Below are positions 16,821 through 25,467 of a stretch of 38,553 bases of DNA, one piece after another. Below the pieces are notes generated by a model that saw only the letters and a list, made by a program, of their open reading frames with translations, was not told where the DNA came from and ran no database searches. Each line of letters begins with the position of its first letter. The first letter of the stretch is position 1. The position numbers and the translations under genes were made by a program. The stretch is taken from the NCBI GenBank assembly GCA_043826455.1, contig JBDRQD010000047.1, positions 1 to 38,553 on the forward strand, in the 5' to 3' direction. The DNA is from Candidatus Bathyarchaeota archaeon (GTDB taxonomy: Archaea > Thermoproteota > Bathyarchaeia > TCS64).

Positions 16821-17687
16821 TTAAGGCTCCGGGACGATGATCTCGGGCCTAAGCACCCTGGACCTGATCTGGGTCGAGCCGTCCAGACACGCCAGCCTGC
16901 CCTCCATGCCTCTGAGGAACTCGAAGACCTCAGGGTCTACGGGGCTCACACCGAAGCCCCCTAAGAGGATGAGTGTCAGCCCCAGGTCCTCGCCGCCGGT
17001 TATCCCCAGGCCTATCTCGTGGCCCAGGAAGTAGGTGAGGTCCTTCTGGTCGACGCCGCCCGCCACGACCCCTTTCACTCTCGCCCTCTGGGCGGCCTTC
17101 AGGGCGTCGAGGGTCACCAGCGAGCCCCCTACGATGACGGCCCCTTTATGCGAGTCCTTGACGTCGGAGGAGGTCAGAGGCGAGTCAGAGTCGTCCACGG
17201 CCACCGTGAGGCTGCCCCGGGCCTCGCCGCCTACCCCGAACACGCCCTCAACCCTGAAGCCTCGGGCCTCGACGATGGCGCCCTCGCCCTCTATCACCTC
17301 CACTACCATTCCCGGCACGTGAGCCACAGCCTCCACAGGGATAGGGTTGCCCCTGACGAGGACCCTCCCCGACCTGTAAAGGACTGACTCTATGACGCCG
17401 TCCAGGGGTGACCGGGCCACCTTAGTGTGCCGCCCGAAGAAGCTCCTCCTGATGGCTATCACCTCGTCCCTGTCCACGGCGTCCCCCTCCCCCTTGAGCA
17501 TGTAGTCCCTCATCTGCTCGGGGTCCACGTCCAGCATCCGGTAGACCCTCAGCTCCTGTACATCAGGGTTAGGCACGACGCCCCTCACCACCAGCGTCTC
17601 AGGCTTCACGGCGTCCCCCACGCCCACAAGCACCTCGCCCTTGGTGGGGATACGCCTCTCCTTCCTGATGGTCAAGGTCCTCATCAC
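16821..17687 (-). CDS. Conserved hypothetical protein usually paired with long GlmL-like proteins (hybrid-barrel-like repeats)
   Basis: GEVLVGVGDAV, ARSPLDGVI, GVFGVGGE, LGHEIGLGITG.E and DGSTQIR...RPEIIVP; 4-bp overlap with the upstream glmL-like gene. Confidence 0.8.
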   Translation of the reverse strand: MMRTLTIRKERRIPTKGEVLVGVGDAVKPETLVVRGVVPNPDVQELRVYRMLDVDPEQMRDYMLKGEGDAVDRDEVIAIRRSFFGRHTKVARSPLDGVIESVLYRSGRVLVRGNPIPVEAVAHVPGMVVEVIEGEGAIVEARGFRVEGVFGVGGEARGSLTVAVDDSDSPLTSSDVKDSHKGAVIVGGSLVTLDALKAAQRARVKGVVAGGVDQKDLTYFLGHEIGLGITGGEDLGLTLILLGGFGVSPVDPEVFEFLRGMEGRLACLDGSTQIRSRVLRPEIIVPEP

Positions 17688-19456
17688 AGACCCTCCGCAG
17701 CTGAAGCCAGCTGTGGCTCCACGCTTATGAGCGCCATCTGCCTGTTAGGGTGCCTAAGGGGCCTGCCCCTGGCGTCTATTATGACGCCTAGGACGCCCCC
17801 AGCTACCATCCTGGTCACAGGCTTACCTCTGCCGGCGCCTACATCCAGTTTCAGGGGCTGAACGGTGAGCTCCACCGACGCGTCCTCCCTGAGGGGAAGA
17901 ACCTTGATCTCCCCGAACCTAACCGTGTGCTGAACCTTTTCGCCCGCCTGGTCGGAGAGGACCAGCTTCACTGCCTCATCCCCCTCGCGCAGGCTTCCCC
18001 TGGGGGCCACGCAGGTGCCCAGGTACTTCACGCACCTGCTCACGAAGAGGTCGACGGCAGCGTCCCTGTCGCGGTCGTGGAGGCTGCCCAGGTGAGCCAT
18101 CAAGCTAGAGTCGTCCACATAGAGCTGCGTGAAGCCCTCCGGCTGCAGCGAGTCTAAGAGGATCATGGCCGACTGCTCGTAGCCCTGCTCCCTGAACACG
18201 TCCCCCTTTCCGATGACCACGTGGGTCCTCATCATGTCAATGTATGTGGGCTCAAGGGCCTGGTTGAACAGATCCGAGAGGTTCCTGTTCAGCTGAACCC
18301 CCTTGAGGCGGCTGGCTATCTCCCGGTGCTGCTCCACACCCAGCCTGATGGCCTCCCTGGCCACCGCCGCCTGGATCATCTCCTGCTCCTTGGTGTAGCT
18401 CGATGGCTGGTGCACCATCATGTTGCCCACGGTGTTCCTCAGGGTTCGCTCATCCATGGTGGGGGGGAGCCACCTCTGAACCTTGGCCACCCCCGCCTCC
18501 TTGACCACGTTGCTTATGCCGTATGTTAGGCCTACCCCCGCGTTCAGGGACCTGTTGAATATGTTGTTGTAGACGGAGTAGACGTCCGTGGTCTCGCCGC
18601 CCACGTCCACGGCCAGCAGGTTCACGCTCCTCCGCTGAGCGTAGGCGTATATGATCTTGCCAACGGTGGCCTGCGAGGGGATTATCCTCTCAGTGGTCCA
18701 CTCCCGCAGCCTGCTGTAGCCCGGGGAGTGAACGATCACGTGCTCCATGTAGGCGTCGTAGATGCCCTCCCTTGCCGGCCCCAGGTTCTCTCTGTCGATG
18801 ACGGGCCTCACGTTCTCCACCACCTTGGTGGCGTAGGCCTCCTCGTTCAGGATCTCCGTGACCCCGTCCCTTATCTCCACGTTGCCGGCGTAGATGAGGG
18901 GCAGCTGATACTCCGCGCCGAACCTGGGCTTGACGTCCGAGTCCTTGATGATCTTGGCCATCTCCAGCACCTGGTTTATGGCTCCCCCGTCCGTCCCCCC
19001 GGCGAGCAGAAGGATGTCCGGCTTCAGGCTCCTCAATGCGGAGACCTTGGCGTAGGGCTGCCTATCATCGTCCACTGCGAACTGGTCCATGAGCAGGGCG
19101 CCAGCCCCGAGAGCCGCTCTCTGGGCGCTCTCAGCCGATATCCTCTTGATGAGGCCTGCCACCACCATGTGGAGGCCGCCGCTGGCGCTGCTGGAACATA
19201 TCAAGGGCACGGAGGGGACCGGCCTACCGGACCTTACAAGCGTCTCCCCCGTCTTCTCCTCGACAACCCTGATCGCGTTGAGAACGCCCGCCGTGACGTC
19301 CAGCTCGGGTGCCTCCACCGTTGTGGGGGCCTCGCCGATGCCCGTCACCTCGAACCCGTCACCTTTTCTCTTGAATAACACCGCTTTGGTGGATTTGCTG
19401 TTGATGTCGACCACGAGGATAGACCCGTTTTTGTTACGTGCGTCCATCTTTTTCAC
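17684..19456 (-). CDS. glmL: GlmL/MutL-like (glutamate mutase accessory/reactivase-type) ASKHA ATPase, long form
   Basis: VDINSKSTKA, PTTVE, CSSSASGGL, AALGAGA, LAGGTDGG, VDVGGETTDVYS and C-terminal GGVLGVIIDARGRPL. Confidence 0.8.
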   Translation of the reverse strand: MKKMDARNKNGSILVVDINSKSTKAVLFKRKGDGFEVTGIGEAPTTVEAPELDVTAGVLNAIRVVEEKTGETLVRSGRPVPSVPLICSSSASGGLHMVVAGLIKRISAESAQRAALGAGALLMDQFAVDDDRQPYAKVSALRSLKPDILLLAGGTDGGAINQVLEMAKIIKDSDVKPRFGAEYQLPLIYAGNVEIRDGVTEILNEEAYATKVVENVRPVIDRENLGPAREGIYDAYMEHVIVHSPGYSRLREWTTERIIPSQATVGKIIYAYAQRRSVNLLAVDVGGETTDVYSVYNNIFNRSLNAGVGLTYGISNVVKEAGVAKVQRWLPPTMDERTLRNTVGNMMVHQPSSYTKEQEMIQAAVAREAIRLGVEQHREIASRLKGVQLNRNLSDLFNQALEPTYIDMMRTHVVIGKGDVFREQGYEQSAMILLDSLQPEGFTQLYVDDSSLMAHLGSLHDRDRDAAVDLFVSRCVKYLGTCVAPRGSLREGDEAVKLVLSDQAGEKVQHTVRFGEIKVLPLREDASVELTVQPLKLDVGAGRGKPVTRMVAGGVLGVIIDARGRPLRHPNRQMALISVEPQLASAAEGL

Positions 19457-19590
19457 ATCCAGGAGTTACTGTCAGGTACTATTCAAGCAACTCCTAAGTT
19501 TAAACTCACCTTGAGGGTTTATAACTACGTCGTTTGAATATGTAATCTATGTTTTTATATTAAAACAGCCATTTTACTGATTGATGGGGT

Positions 19591-20205
19591 TTGGATGAAG
19601 AACACAAGATGATCCACACCATCTCCAGAGACGCCTTCAAGCTGCTGGAGGACGAGACCCGCCGACGCATCGTTTTCATGATCAGGGATAGCCCCATGAC
19701 CGTTAAGGAGATCGCGGGCCACCTGGGGTTGACGCCTCAGAACATCTACCACCACATGAACAAGCTCCAGGACGCGGGCGTCGTGGAGCTGAGCTACGAG
19801 AGGCGGAGCGGCCACATCATCGAGAGCTACTACAGCGTCCCGGCTGACACCTTCATATACTCCGACGACAGGATCGACGAGAAGCCCGTGAACAGGTTCA
19901 TGAACATCCTCTTCGGGCTACGTGAGATGGGCGTGCCCGTTCAGCCGGGCAAGGATAACGCGTCAAGGCTCGAGGAGCTGGACCAAGTCTACCAGGGCGC
20001 GCTGACTGATCCCCCAAACAGGTACGAGGTCTGCGACACCTGTAGCTTCAGCGGCTTCTTCATGAAGTTCGGTCCAATGAACCCCCTGCAGCTGAACAGG
20101 ATATTGTGGTACGCGAACCTCATAAGGATGAGCGACTCAGAGTACCGGGAATACTTGGACAGGATAGGGGAGCTCAGGGGCTTCCTCAGGTCCATAGCCA
20201 GCTAG
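19591..20205 (+). CDS. ArsR/winged-helix transcriptional regulator
   Basis: FKLLEDETRRRI, MTVKEIA..LGLTPQNIYHHMNKLQDAGVV...ESYY; TATA-like TTTTATATTAAAA about 30 bp upstream. Confidence 0.88.
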   Translation: MDEEHKMIHTISRDAFKLLEDETRRRIVFMIRDSPMTVKEIAGHLGLTPQNIYHHMNKLQDAGVVELSYERRSGHIIESYYSVPADTFIYSDDRIDEKPVNRFMNILFGLREMGVPVQPGKDNASRLEELDQVYQGALTDPPNRYEVCDTCSFSGFFMKFGPMNPLQLNRILWYANLIRMSDSEYREYLDRIGELRGFLRSIAS

Positions 20206-20206
20206 G

Positions 20207-21328
20207 CTACCAGGTGACCCTGTAGGGCATCTGGTTCAGGCAGACAGGATCGCCTTTTGTGACCAGCACCACATCCTCTATGTGGCCCCTGAAGCCCGTC
20301 TCGGCGTCTCTCCTCTGAGGCTCATACGTGAGGGTCATTCCAGCCTTCAGGGGTATGCCATCCTCTTCGATCTCCCCGAAGTTGGTGGCGTAGGGCATGG
20401 TGTAGTCGTGGACGTCCAAGCCTATCTGGTGGCCCGTCCTGGGCATGGGCTGGAAGCCGAGCTCCGCGTTGATCTCGTTGGCCTTTTCCAGCACCTGGTT
20501 GCCTGTAACTCCTTCCCTGATGTTCTTGATGCCCTCCACCTGGGCTTGCATCGCTCGGTCCATGTAGTCCTCTGTCTCCTTCTCCCAGGTGACGTGCCAG
20601 TTGCGGCCCATGTCGCTGCAGTACCCGGTCTCGACGCGCAGCCCCACGTCAAGGCTCAGGGCGTCCCCGTGCTTCAGATACTCGGTCTTGTTGCCCTTGA
20701 TGAAGCCGATGCTGCTGTCGAAGCTGAACTCATATGCGCCCAGCTCGATCATGTTGGCGTCCAGCTCACGTTTCATGTCTTCGACGCTGCGGCCCGGATG
20801 AGTCTCCTCGATGAGCATCATGAAGGAGGCCTCGGTGATGCTTATGGCTCGCCTGATCTCGCTTATCTCGTACTCGTCCTTGACGCTGCGGAGCCTGAAC
20901 ACGTGGTCGCTTATGTCCCGCTCAGGGGTCAGAGGCACCCCCAGTTCCCTTGTCATCCTGTAAGCCATCTGGGCGCTGACTGTAGACAGGTCGAAGCACA
21001 CCTTACCCGGCTTGTAGGGCTTCAGTGCCTCCATGGTGCCCTGTATATGGTGGCCCTTCTCCTGCCTGATGGCGATGACCTTGCTGAACTCGCCGCTGGC
21101 CTCAACCCTCGGGGCGCCCCAGTGGGGCATGACCAGGGTGGTGTCGCCGCCGGTGTCCATGACGAGGGTTTGGTGCTCGTCGCCGAGGGCTATGGGCAGC
21201 ACGTAGATGGTGTTGCTAGGGTTCTGCCTTATGACCTCGTTGAAGAAGACCACGGCCTCGAAGCCTCTCCTCTCGGCCTCCTGCAGTATGGACCTTCTTC
21301 TTCGGTTAACGGAGTCTCTTTGATTCAA
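20207..21328 (-). CDS. M24 family (Xaa-Pro dipeptidase/aminopeptidase-like) metallopeptidase
   Basis: LRSVKDEYEI, LDVG, GYCSDMGR, GHQIGLDVHD, TYEP and IEDVVLVT metal ligands. Confidence 0.9.
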   Translation of the reverse strand: MNQRDSVNRRRRSILQEAERRGFEAVVFFNEVIRQNPSNTIYVLPIALGDEHQTLVMDTGGDTTLVMPHWGAPRVEASGEFSKVIAIRQEKGHHIQGTMEALKPYKPGKVCFDLSTVSAQMAYRMTRELGVPLTPERDISDHVFRLRSVKDEYEISEIRRAISITEASFMMLIEETHPGRSVEDMKRELDANMIELGAYEFSFDSSIGFIKGNKTEYLKHGDALSLDVGLRVETGYCSDMGRNWHVTWEKETEDYMDRAMQAQVEGIKNIREGVTGNQVLEKANEINAELGFQPMPRTGHQIGLDVHDYTMPYATNFGEIEEDGIPLKAGMTLTYEPQRRDAETGFRGHIEDVVLVTKGDPVCLNQMPYRVTW

Positions 21329-21449
21329 AACTGTTCAAAGAAATACCGGCAGGAGGGGTATGAGAGGTTTTCGAGGGCATGAAGATGTTCACATATCCAG
21401 CTACCCAGCAGGAATCCAAGCTCACACTCATCGTCAACGACATTGAAAT

Positions 21450-21500
21450 CTAGTTAAAAGCAACCCAAAAAAATTTCACATTCTTCCACGCAGCTGTCAT
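21450..21500 (-). repeat. 51-bp intergenic repeat, copy 1; reads as small ORF MTAAWKNVKFFWVAFN*
   Basis: 43/51 nt identical and ungapped relative to 31411-31461. Confidence 0.8.
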
Positions 21501-21507
21501 CTAATCC

Positions 21508-21527
21508 AGGATATACTTTAATATCCT
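21508..21527. promoter_or_regulatory. Inverted repeat AGGATAT-N6-ATATCCT enclosing the TATA-like box of the DHH gene
   Basis: Perfect 7-bp arms overlapping TTTAATAT, which lies about 25-30 bp upstream of ATG 21547. Confidence 0.5.
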
Positions 21528-21546
21528 CACCAGCCGAATCAACGAT

Positions 21547-22521
21547 ATGCCGCTACGCGCCCAGGGAGAGGGCCTCCTCATACACCACTGGGACACCGAC
21601 GGCGTCTGCTCAGCCGCCCTACTCCTCCGGCACATGTACCCAGGCTTCCAGAACTGGACTCCCACCATAGGGGCCTTCTACCTCAGCCCCCAGCAGATCA
21701 ATTGGGCAAAACAGTTCAGCGCCATCGTGGTGGCCGACATGGCTTTGCCGGAGGAAAACATAGCCGAGCTAGCCAAGAGTTCCAGAGTCATCGTGATTGA
21801 TCACCACCACCAGGAGCCCCTCGACGGAGTCGAGCACATCAACCCCGTAGCATATGGCGCGGACCCTCAGGGCTACCCCTCATGCACCTGGGTTGTGAAA
21901 GAGCGCCTGAGCCTACCCGCCTCTCTCCACGTGGTCCTGGGCTTCGTTGGCGACCGTGAGCAGAAGATCAAAGAGAGCCCGGCCTTCTGGGAGTTAACGC
22001 GGCGGTTCATCGCGGAGAACGACCTGAGCTTCGAGCAGCTGCACATGATGGTTCAGCTCATAGACTCGTGCCACAAGGTTGGGGACCGAGAAGCCGTCAT
22101 GGAGGCTTCAAGATTGCTACAGGTGAGAGAGGACCCTGAGACGATCATGGAGAACCCTCACTGGAGGAGGAACCTGGAGGTCTTCGAAGGTGAGCTCCAG
22201 AAGCTACTGTCCGTCCCGCCCCGGGAGAGAGACGGCGTGCTCTATATGGAGCTCGACACACGGTTCAGCGTCATATCAGCCGTCACCAGGAGGATAGCCT
22301 GGGGCACCGGCAGGGATACGGTGGTGGTTAACAAGGGCTTCTTTGAGGACGAAGACCAGCTTTACGGCAGGAGCAGCCGCCTCGACATGCAGCCCATGAT
22401 AGATAGGGCCCGGGTGAAGGGCTTCAACGCTGGCGGCAAGAGGGATGTTTTGGGGGCTATAGTGCCTAAAGGTGAGACAGCCGCCTTCGTGGACGAATTG
22501 ATAAAATACCTGAGAAAGTAG
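21547..22521 (+). CDS. DHH family phosphoesterase
   Basis: HHWDTDG, VADM, IDHHH, HINP, GD and C-terminal AGGK motifs. Confidence 0.88.
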   Translation: MPLRAQGEGLLIHHWDTDGVCSAALLLRHMYPGFQNWTPTIGAFYLSPQQINWAKQFSAIVVADMALPEENIAELAKSSRVIVIDHHHQEPLDGVEHINPVAYGADPQGYPSCTWVVKERLSLPASLHVVLGFVGDREQKIKESPAFWELTRRFIAENDLSFEQLHMMVQLIDSCHKVGDREAVMEASRLLQVREDPETIMENPHWRRNLEVFEGELQKLLSVPPRERDGVLYMELDTRFSVISAVTRRIAWGTGRDTVVVNKGFFEDEDQLYGRSSRLDMQPMIDRARVKGFNAGGKRDVLGAIVPKGETAAFVDELIKYLRK

Positions 22522-22526
22522 GGATA

Positions 22527-24329
22527 TTACTGCCGGCGCAGAACCTTGCCGGGAGTAGCCCCAGCGTGCTTACCCTTCTCGACGACGGGGACGCCGTTAA
22601 CCAGCACGTACTCGATGCCCTTGGGGTGCCTCCTGGGCTCCACCGGCGTGCCCACCACCTCCAGCTTATCGAGGTTGAACACCGTGACGTCGGCGTAGCT
22701 GCCCGGCGTGATGGTCCCCCTGCCCTTCAGGTTGTGGTGCTCCGCCGCCGCTGTGCTCATCTTGTGTATGCACTGCTCCAGGGTGAAGACGCCCAGCTCC
22801 TTCACCATGTGGTTGATGAAGGCCGGGAAAGCGCTGAACGCGTTAATCCCTGGCATCCTGTAAGGGGCCGTCTTCTGCTGGTACTCGGTGTCGTACACCG
22901 ACTGGTCAAGGCTGAGGCTGCCGGCCCTGTGCTGGAACATGAGCGCCCTGTAGGGCTTCTGCGGGAAGTTGCCGGTGTCAGCGGTGCCCGCCGTGTAGCC
23001 TAAGGCCTCGGGGTCCTCGCAGATGAGATCGAGCCACGTGTCCATCTGGGGCTTACCCCGCTCCTTGGCAACCTGGGCCAGGTTCTTGTCCACCGCCGAC
23101 TTGTCCTTGTGTCTGCTCACCCAGACGTTCTCGGCCCACTGGGGGTTGGTGTTGGGGTTGTACGCCAGCCTGATGAACCATTTACCCGTCTGGATGGCGT
23201 TCACGATCTCCTCCCTATAGTCGGGTATCTTGAGGAGCTCCGAGAACCGTTCGCGGCTGCCCGCTTCCTTCAGCCAAGGCGTCAGGATGCTGCTAAGGTG
23301 GGGCATGACGTCGAAGCCTCCCCGGAGGAACCAGGGCATGCTGTCGAAGCTGATGTCCATGCCCTCCTCCAGGGCCTCGTCGAAGAAGGCGAGGGTCGCC
23401 CGGATGTTGTGCTCCTCCATGTAGTCGTGGCCCTCCGGCACCAGCCTCCATCCCGGGGTCAGGTGGGCGATGTTGGTCTTGACTCCGGTGACGCGGCAGG
23501 TGTTGATGCTCTCCAGGAGGCCTTCCACCTTGTTGCTGCGGGTGTCACCGAACTTGACGTCGCGCCTCCTGCCAGTGCGTCTCCAGTGGGGGCAGTAGAC
23601 GCCACCGTACTCCTTCATCAAGCTGACGCTCTCGTTTATCTCGTCCACGCTGGCCCAGACGCCGGGGTCATAATCGAGGCCCGTGCTCAACCCGATGGCG
23701 CCCTCATCCATGGCCTGGTGGATGAGTTCCTTGATCCTCTCCAGCTCCTCCGGCGTGCTGTGGCGCTTGTAGTCGTTACCCATGACGTTGATCCTGCATG
23801 AGCCCTGGCCGACCAGGGGCGCCGCGTTCATGGAGACCCCCACCTTCTCCACCCTGTCCATCCACTCGCCGAGGGTCCTCCAGTCTACTTCCCACCCGTA
23901 GTACTTCCTCATGACGGCGTTCACGTCCTCGCGGGGGAAGACCTCGTTCTTGGAGTAGTACTTGTGGGGCTCCAGCTCGTCTATGTGCTCAGCGGCTAAC
24001 CCGGGGAGACCCATCATGTCCCCGTAGGGGCCCTGGCTGCCACCACACTGGCCCCCCACGAAGGTGGTGACGCCCTGCATCACGTAGCTCTGGGCCTTGG
24101 GGAAGAAGAGGAGGGTGCTGTCACCGTGGCTGTGGGCGTCTATCCAGCCCGGGCTAGCGTGGAGGCCCTTGGCCTGGATGACCTTAGCGGCGTCGCCCTT
24201 CACCTCTCCCAGGGCCGCCACCTTGTCCTTCTTCACTCCTATGCTGCCCTTGTAGGGGGCCTTACCGGAGCCGTCAATGATAAAAGCGTTCTTGATCAAT
24301 ACATCGTACTCGTCTGACACGTTGTCCAC
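22527..24329 (-). CDS. N-acyl-D-amino-acid deacylase (D-aminoacylase) family amidohydrolase, paralog 1
   Basis: PGWIDAHSHGD, QGVTT..GGQCG, GLSTGLDY.PG, RG.I.PG.YADVTVF and GIEYVLVNG motifs. Confidence 0.9.
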   Translation of the reverse strand: MDNVSDEYDVLIKNAFIIDGSGKAPYKGSIGVKKDKVAALGEVKGDAAKVIQAKGLHASPGWIDAHSHGDSTLLFFPKAQSYVMQGVTTFVGGQCGGSQGPYGDMMGLPGLAAEHIDELEPHKYYSKNEVFPREDVNAVMRKYYGWEVDWRTLGEWMDRVEKVGVSMNAAPLVGQGSCRINVMGNDYKRHSTPEELERIKELIHQAMDEGAIGLSTGLDYDPGVWASVDEINESVSLMKEYGGVYCPHWRRTGRRRDVKFGDTRSNKVEGLLESINTCRVTGVKTNIAHLTPGWRLVPEGHDYMEEHNIRATLAFFDEALEEGMDISFDSMPWFLRGGFDVMPHLSSILTPWLKEAGSRERFSELLKIPDYREEIVNAIQTGKWFIRLAYNPNTNPQWAENVWVSRHKDKSAVDKNLAQVAKERGKPQMDTWLDLICEDPEALGYTAGTADTGNFPQKPYRALMFQHRAGSLSLDQSVYDTEYQQKTAPYRMPGINAFSAFPAFINHMVKELGVFTLEQCIHKMSTAAAEHHNLKGRGTITPGSYADVTVFNLDKLEVVGTPVEPRRHPKGIEYVLVNGVPVVEKGKHAGATPGKVLRRQ

Positions 24330-24391
24330 GACCTAGACGAGGCATATTAGCTGCCATCGACTATTAAAAACCGAGGAAAGAAAAAATGGGG

Positions 24392-24943
24392 TTAGGTTAT
24401 GGTTACTATCGCGGTGTCGTAGCTACCCGTCTTGGTGTTCTGTACGATGACCACGTGGCTGCCCTTACCCGCGTCAGGGACCCTGATCTCTAGGGCGAAG
24501 GGGTCGGTGACGCCTCCGAGGAGGACGACGTATCCACCTGCTTTAACGCTGCTAGGGTAGCATGTGAGGGACGAGGGCCCGGAGTTGTATGCCCACGAGT
24601 ACTCCAGCTCACCCTTCTCTCCGTCCCACGTGCCCTGCTGCTTCCAGTAGACCTTCACGTAGGGCGTCATATGGAAGCTGGGGTCGCCCTTGTCGCCTTT
24701 GAGTCCCTGGGAGCCGGCTACTCCCTGGAGTCCCTGGGGGCCTGTAGGCCCCGGCGGCCCCTGTTCGCCGGGCTGTCCCTGTGGTCCAGGGACTCCCTGG
24801 GCGCCCTGTGGCCCCGGTGGCCCCTGCTCTCCCTGAGGCCCTGGTAGCCCCTGGGGTCCTGTTTGTGGTAGAAAAACGTAGGTAGATGTTCCTCCGATTA
24901 GTAACCCGATGACTAGTCCTGTTATTATGCTCTGAGGTTCCAT
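24392..24943 (-). CDS. Membrane-anchored collagen-like protein
   Basis: N-terminal hydrophobic helix, 20 Gly-X-Y triplets, beta-rich C-terminal domain. Confidence 0.85.
   Translation of the reverse strand: MEPQSIITGLVIGLLIGGTSTYVFLPQTGPQGLPGPQGEQGPPGPQGAQGVPGPQGQPGEQGPPGPTGPQGLQGVAGSQGLKGDKGDPSFHMTPYVKVYWKQQGTWDGEKGELEYSWAYNSGPSSLTCYPSSVKAGGYVVLLGGVTDPFALEIRVPDAGKGSHVVIVQNTKTGSYDTAIVTIT
24680..24859 (-). repeat. Collagen Gly-X-Y repeat (20 triplets)
   Basis: [60 protein letters not shown]. Confidence 0.9.
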
Positions 24944-24999
24944 TTGATGGTTTAAATAATGTTGATGATTAAAATGCCTTCGATCAGTACCCAGAGACT

Positions 25000-25344
25000 T
25001 TAGATCGTCTCTTCTCGTGTGGATTCGATTAGCCTCTGCCTCTTCCCCTCATACTCGTTCAGGAGAGCCTCGAAATCGTTCCTGACTCTCTTAAGCTCCT
25101 CGACCCACCTGAGAAACTCTGAGGCCGCCTCGTCCCCAACCTGGTTTCTACTAACCTTAAGAGTCATGTCAAAGGAAAGGTTCGGAGGAGCCCTTAAAAG
25201 GGAATCTCGGTATCTGGCGGAGACATACAACTGGCTTCTATATGAATAACCCTCATATCGTTTCAGGCCGATACTCATTTTTTGTGTCCTCGGATGTGTA
25301 CCAAGGACAAGTTTGGTTAAGGTTATTCTGAACGGGCGTTGCAT
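25000..25344 (-). CDS. Hypothetical protein with C-terminal helical/coiled segment
   Basis: 114-aa ORF filling the gap; visibly more AT-rich than its neighbours; no recognised motif. Confidence 0.5.
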   Translation of the reverse strand: MQRPFRITLTKLVLGTHPRTQKMSIGLKRYEGYSYRSQLYVSARYRDSLLRAPPNLSFDMTLKVSRNQVGDEAASEFLRWVEELKRVRNDFEALLNEYEGKRQRLIESTREETI

Positions 25345-25467
25345 CAGCTAGCCTTCCGGAAACCCAGGAGACGCTCCGGCAGATACCCATAGACCAGGGA
25401 GTCTACATGGTTCACCGCGTAGATGTGATCAAAAACTCTAAAACGTGGCGGTATTCCTTCGTTCGTC

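Noticed and set aside
15397..16824. 475-aa plus-strand ORF
   Set aside because: Antisense shadow of the allantoinase/dihydroorotase-family gene; His/Gln/Pro-rich with no motifs, typical of GC-rich reverse frames.
15409..19456. Single operon of glmL-like, partner and allantoinase-like genes
   Set aside because: An oligo-U tract (16803-16820) and a separate TATA-like box (~16788-16794) separate the amidohydrolase from the pair, so co-transcription is not supported.
20282..21382. 366-aa plus-strand ORF
   Set aside because: Antisense shadow of the M24 peptidase.
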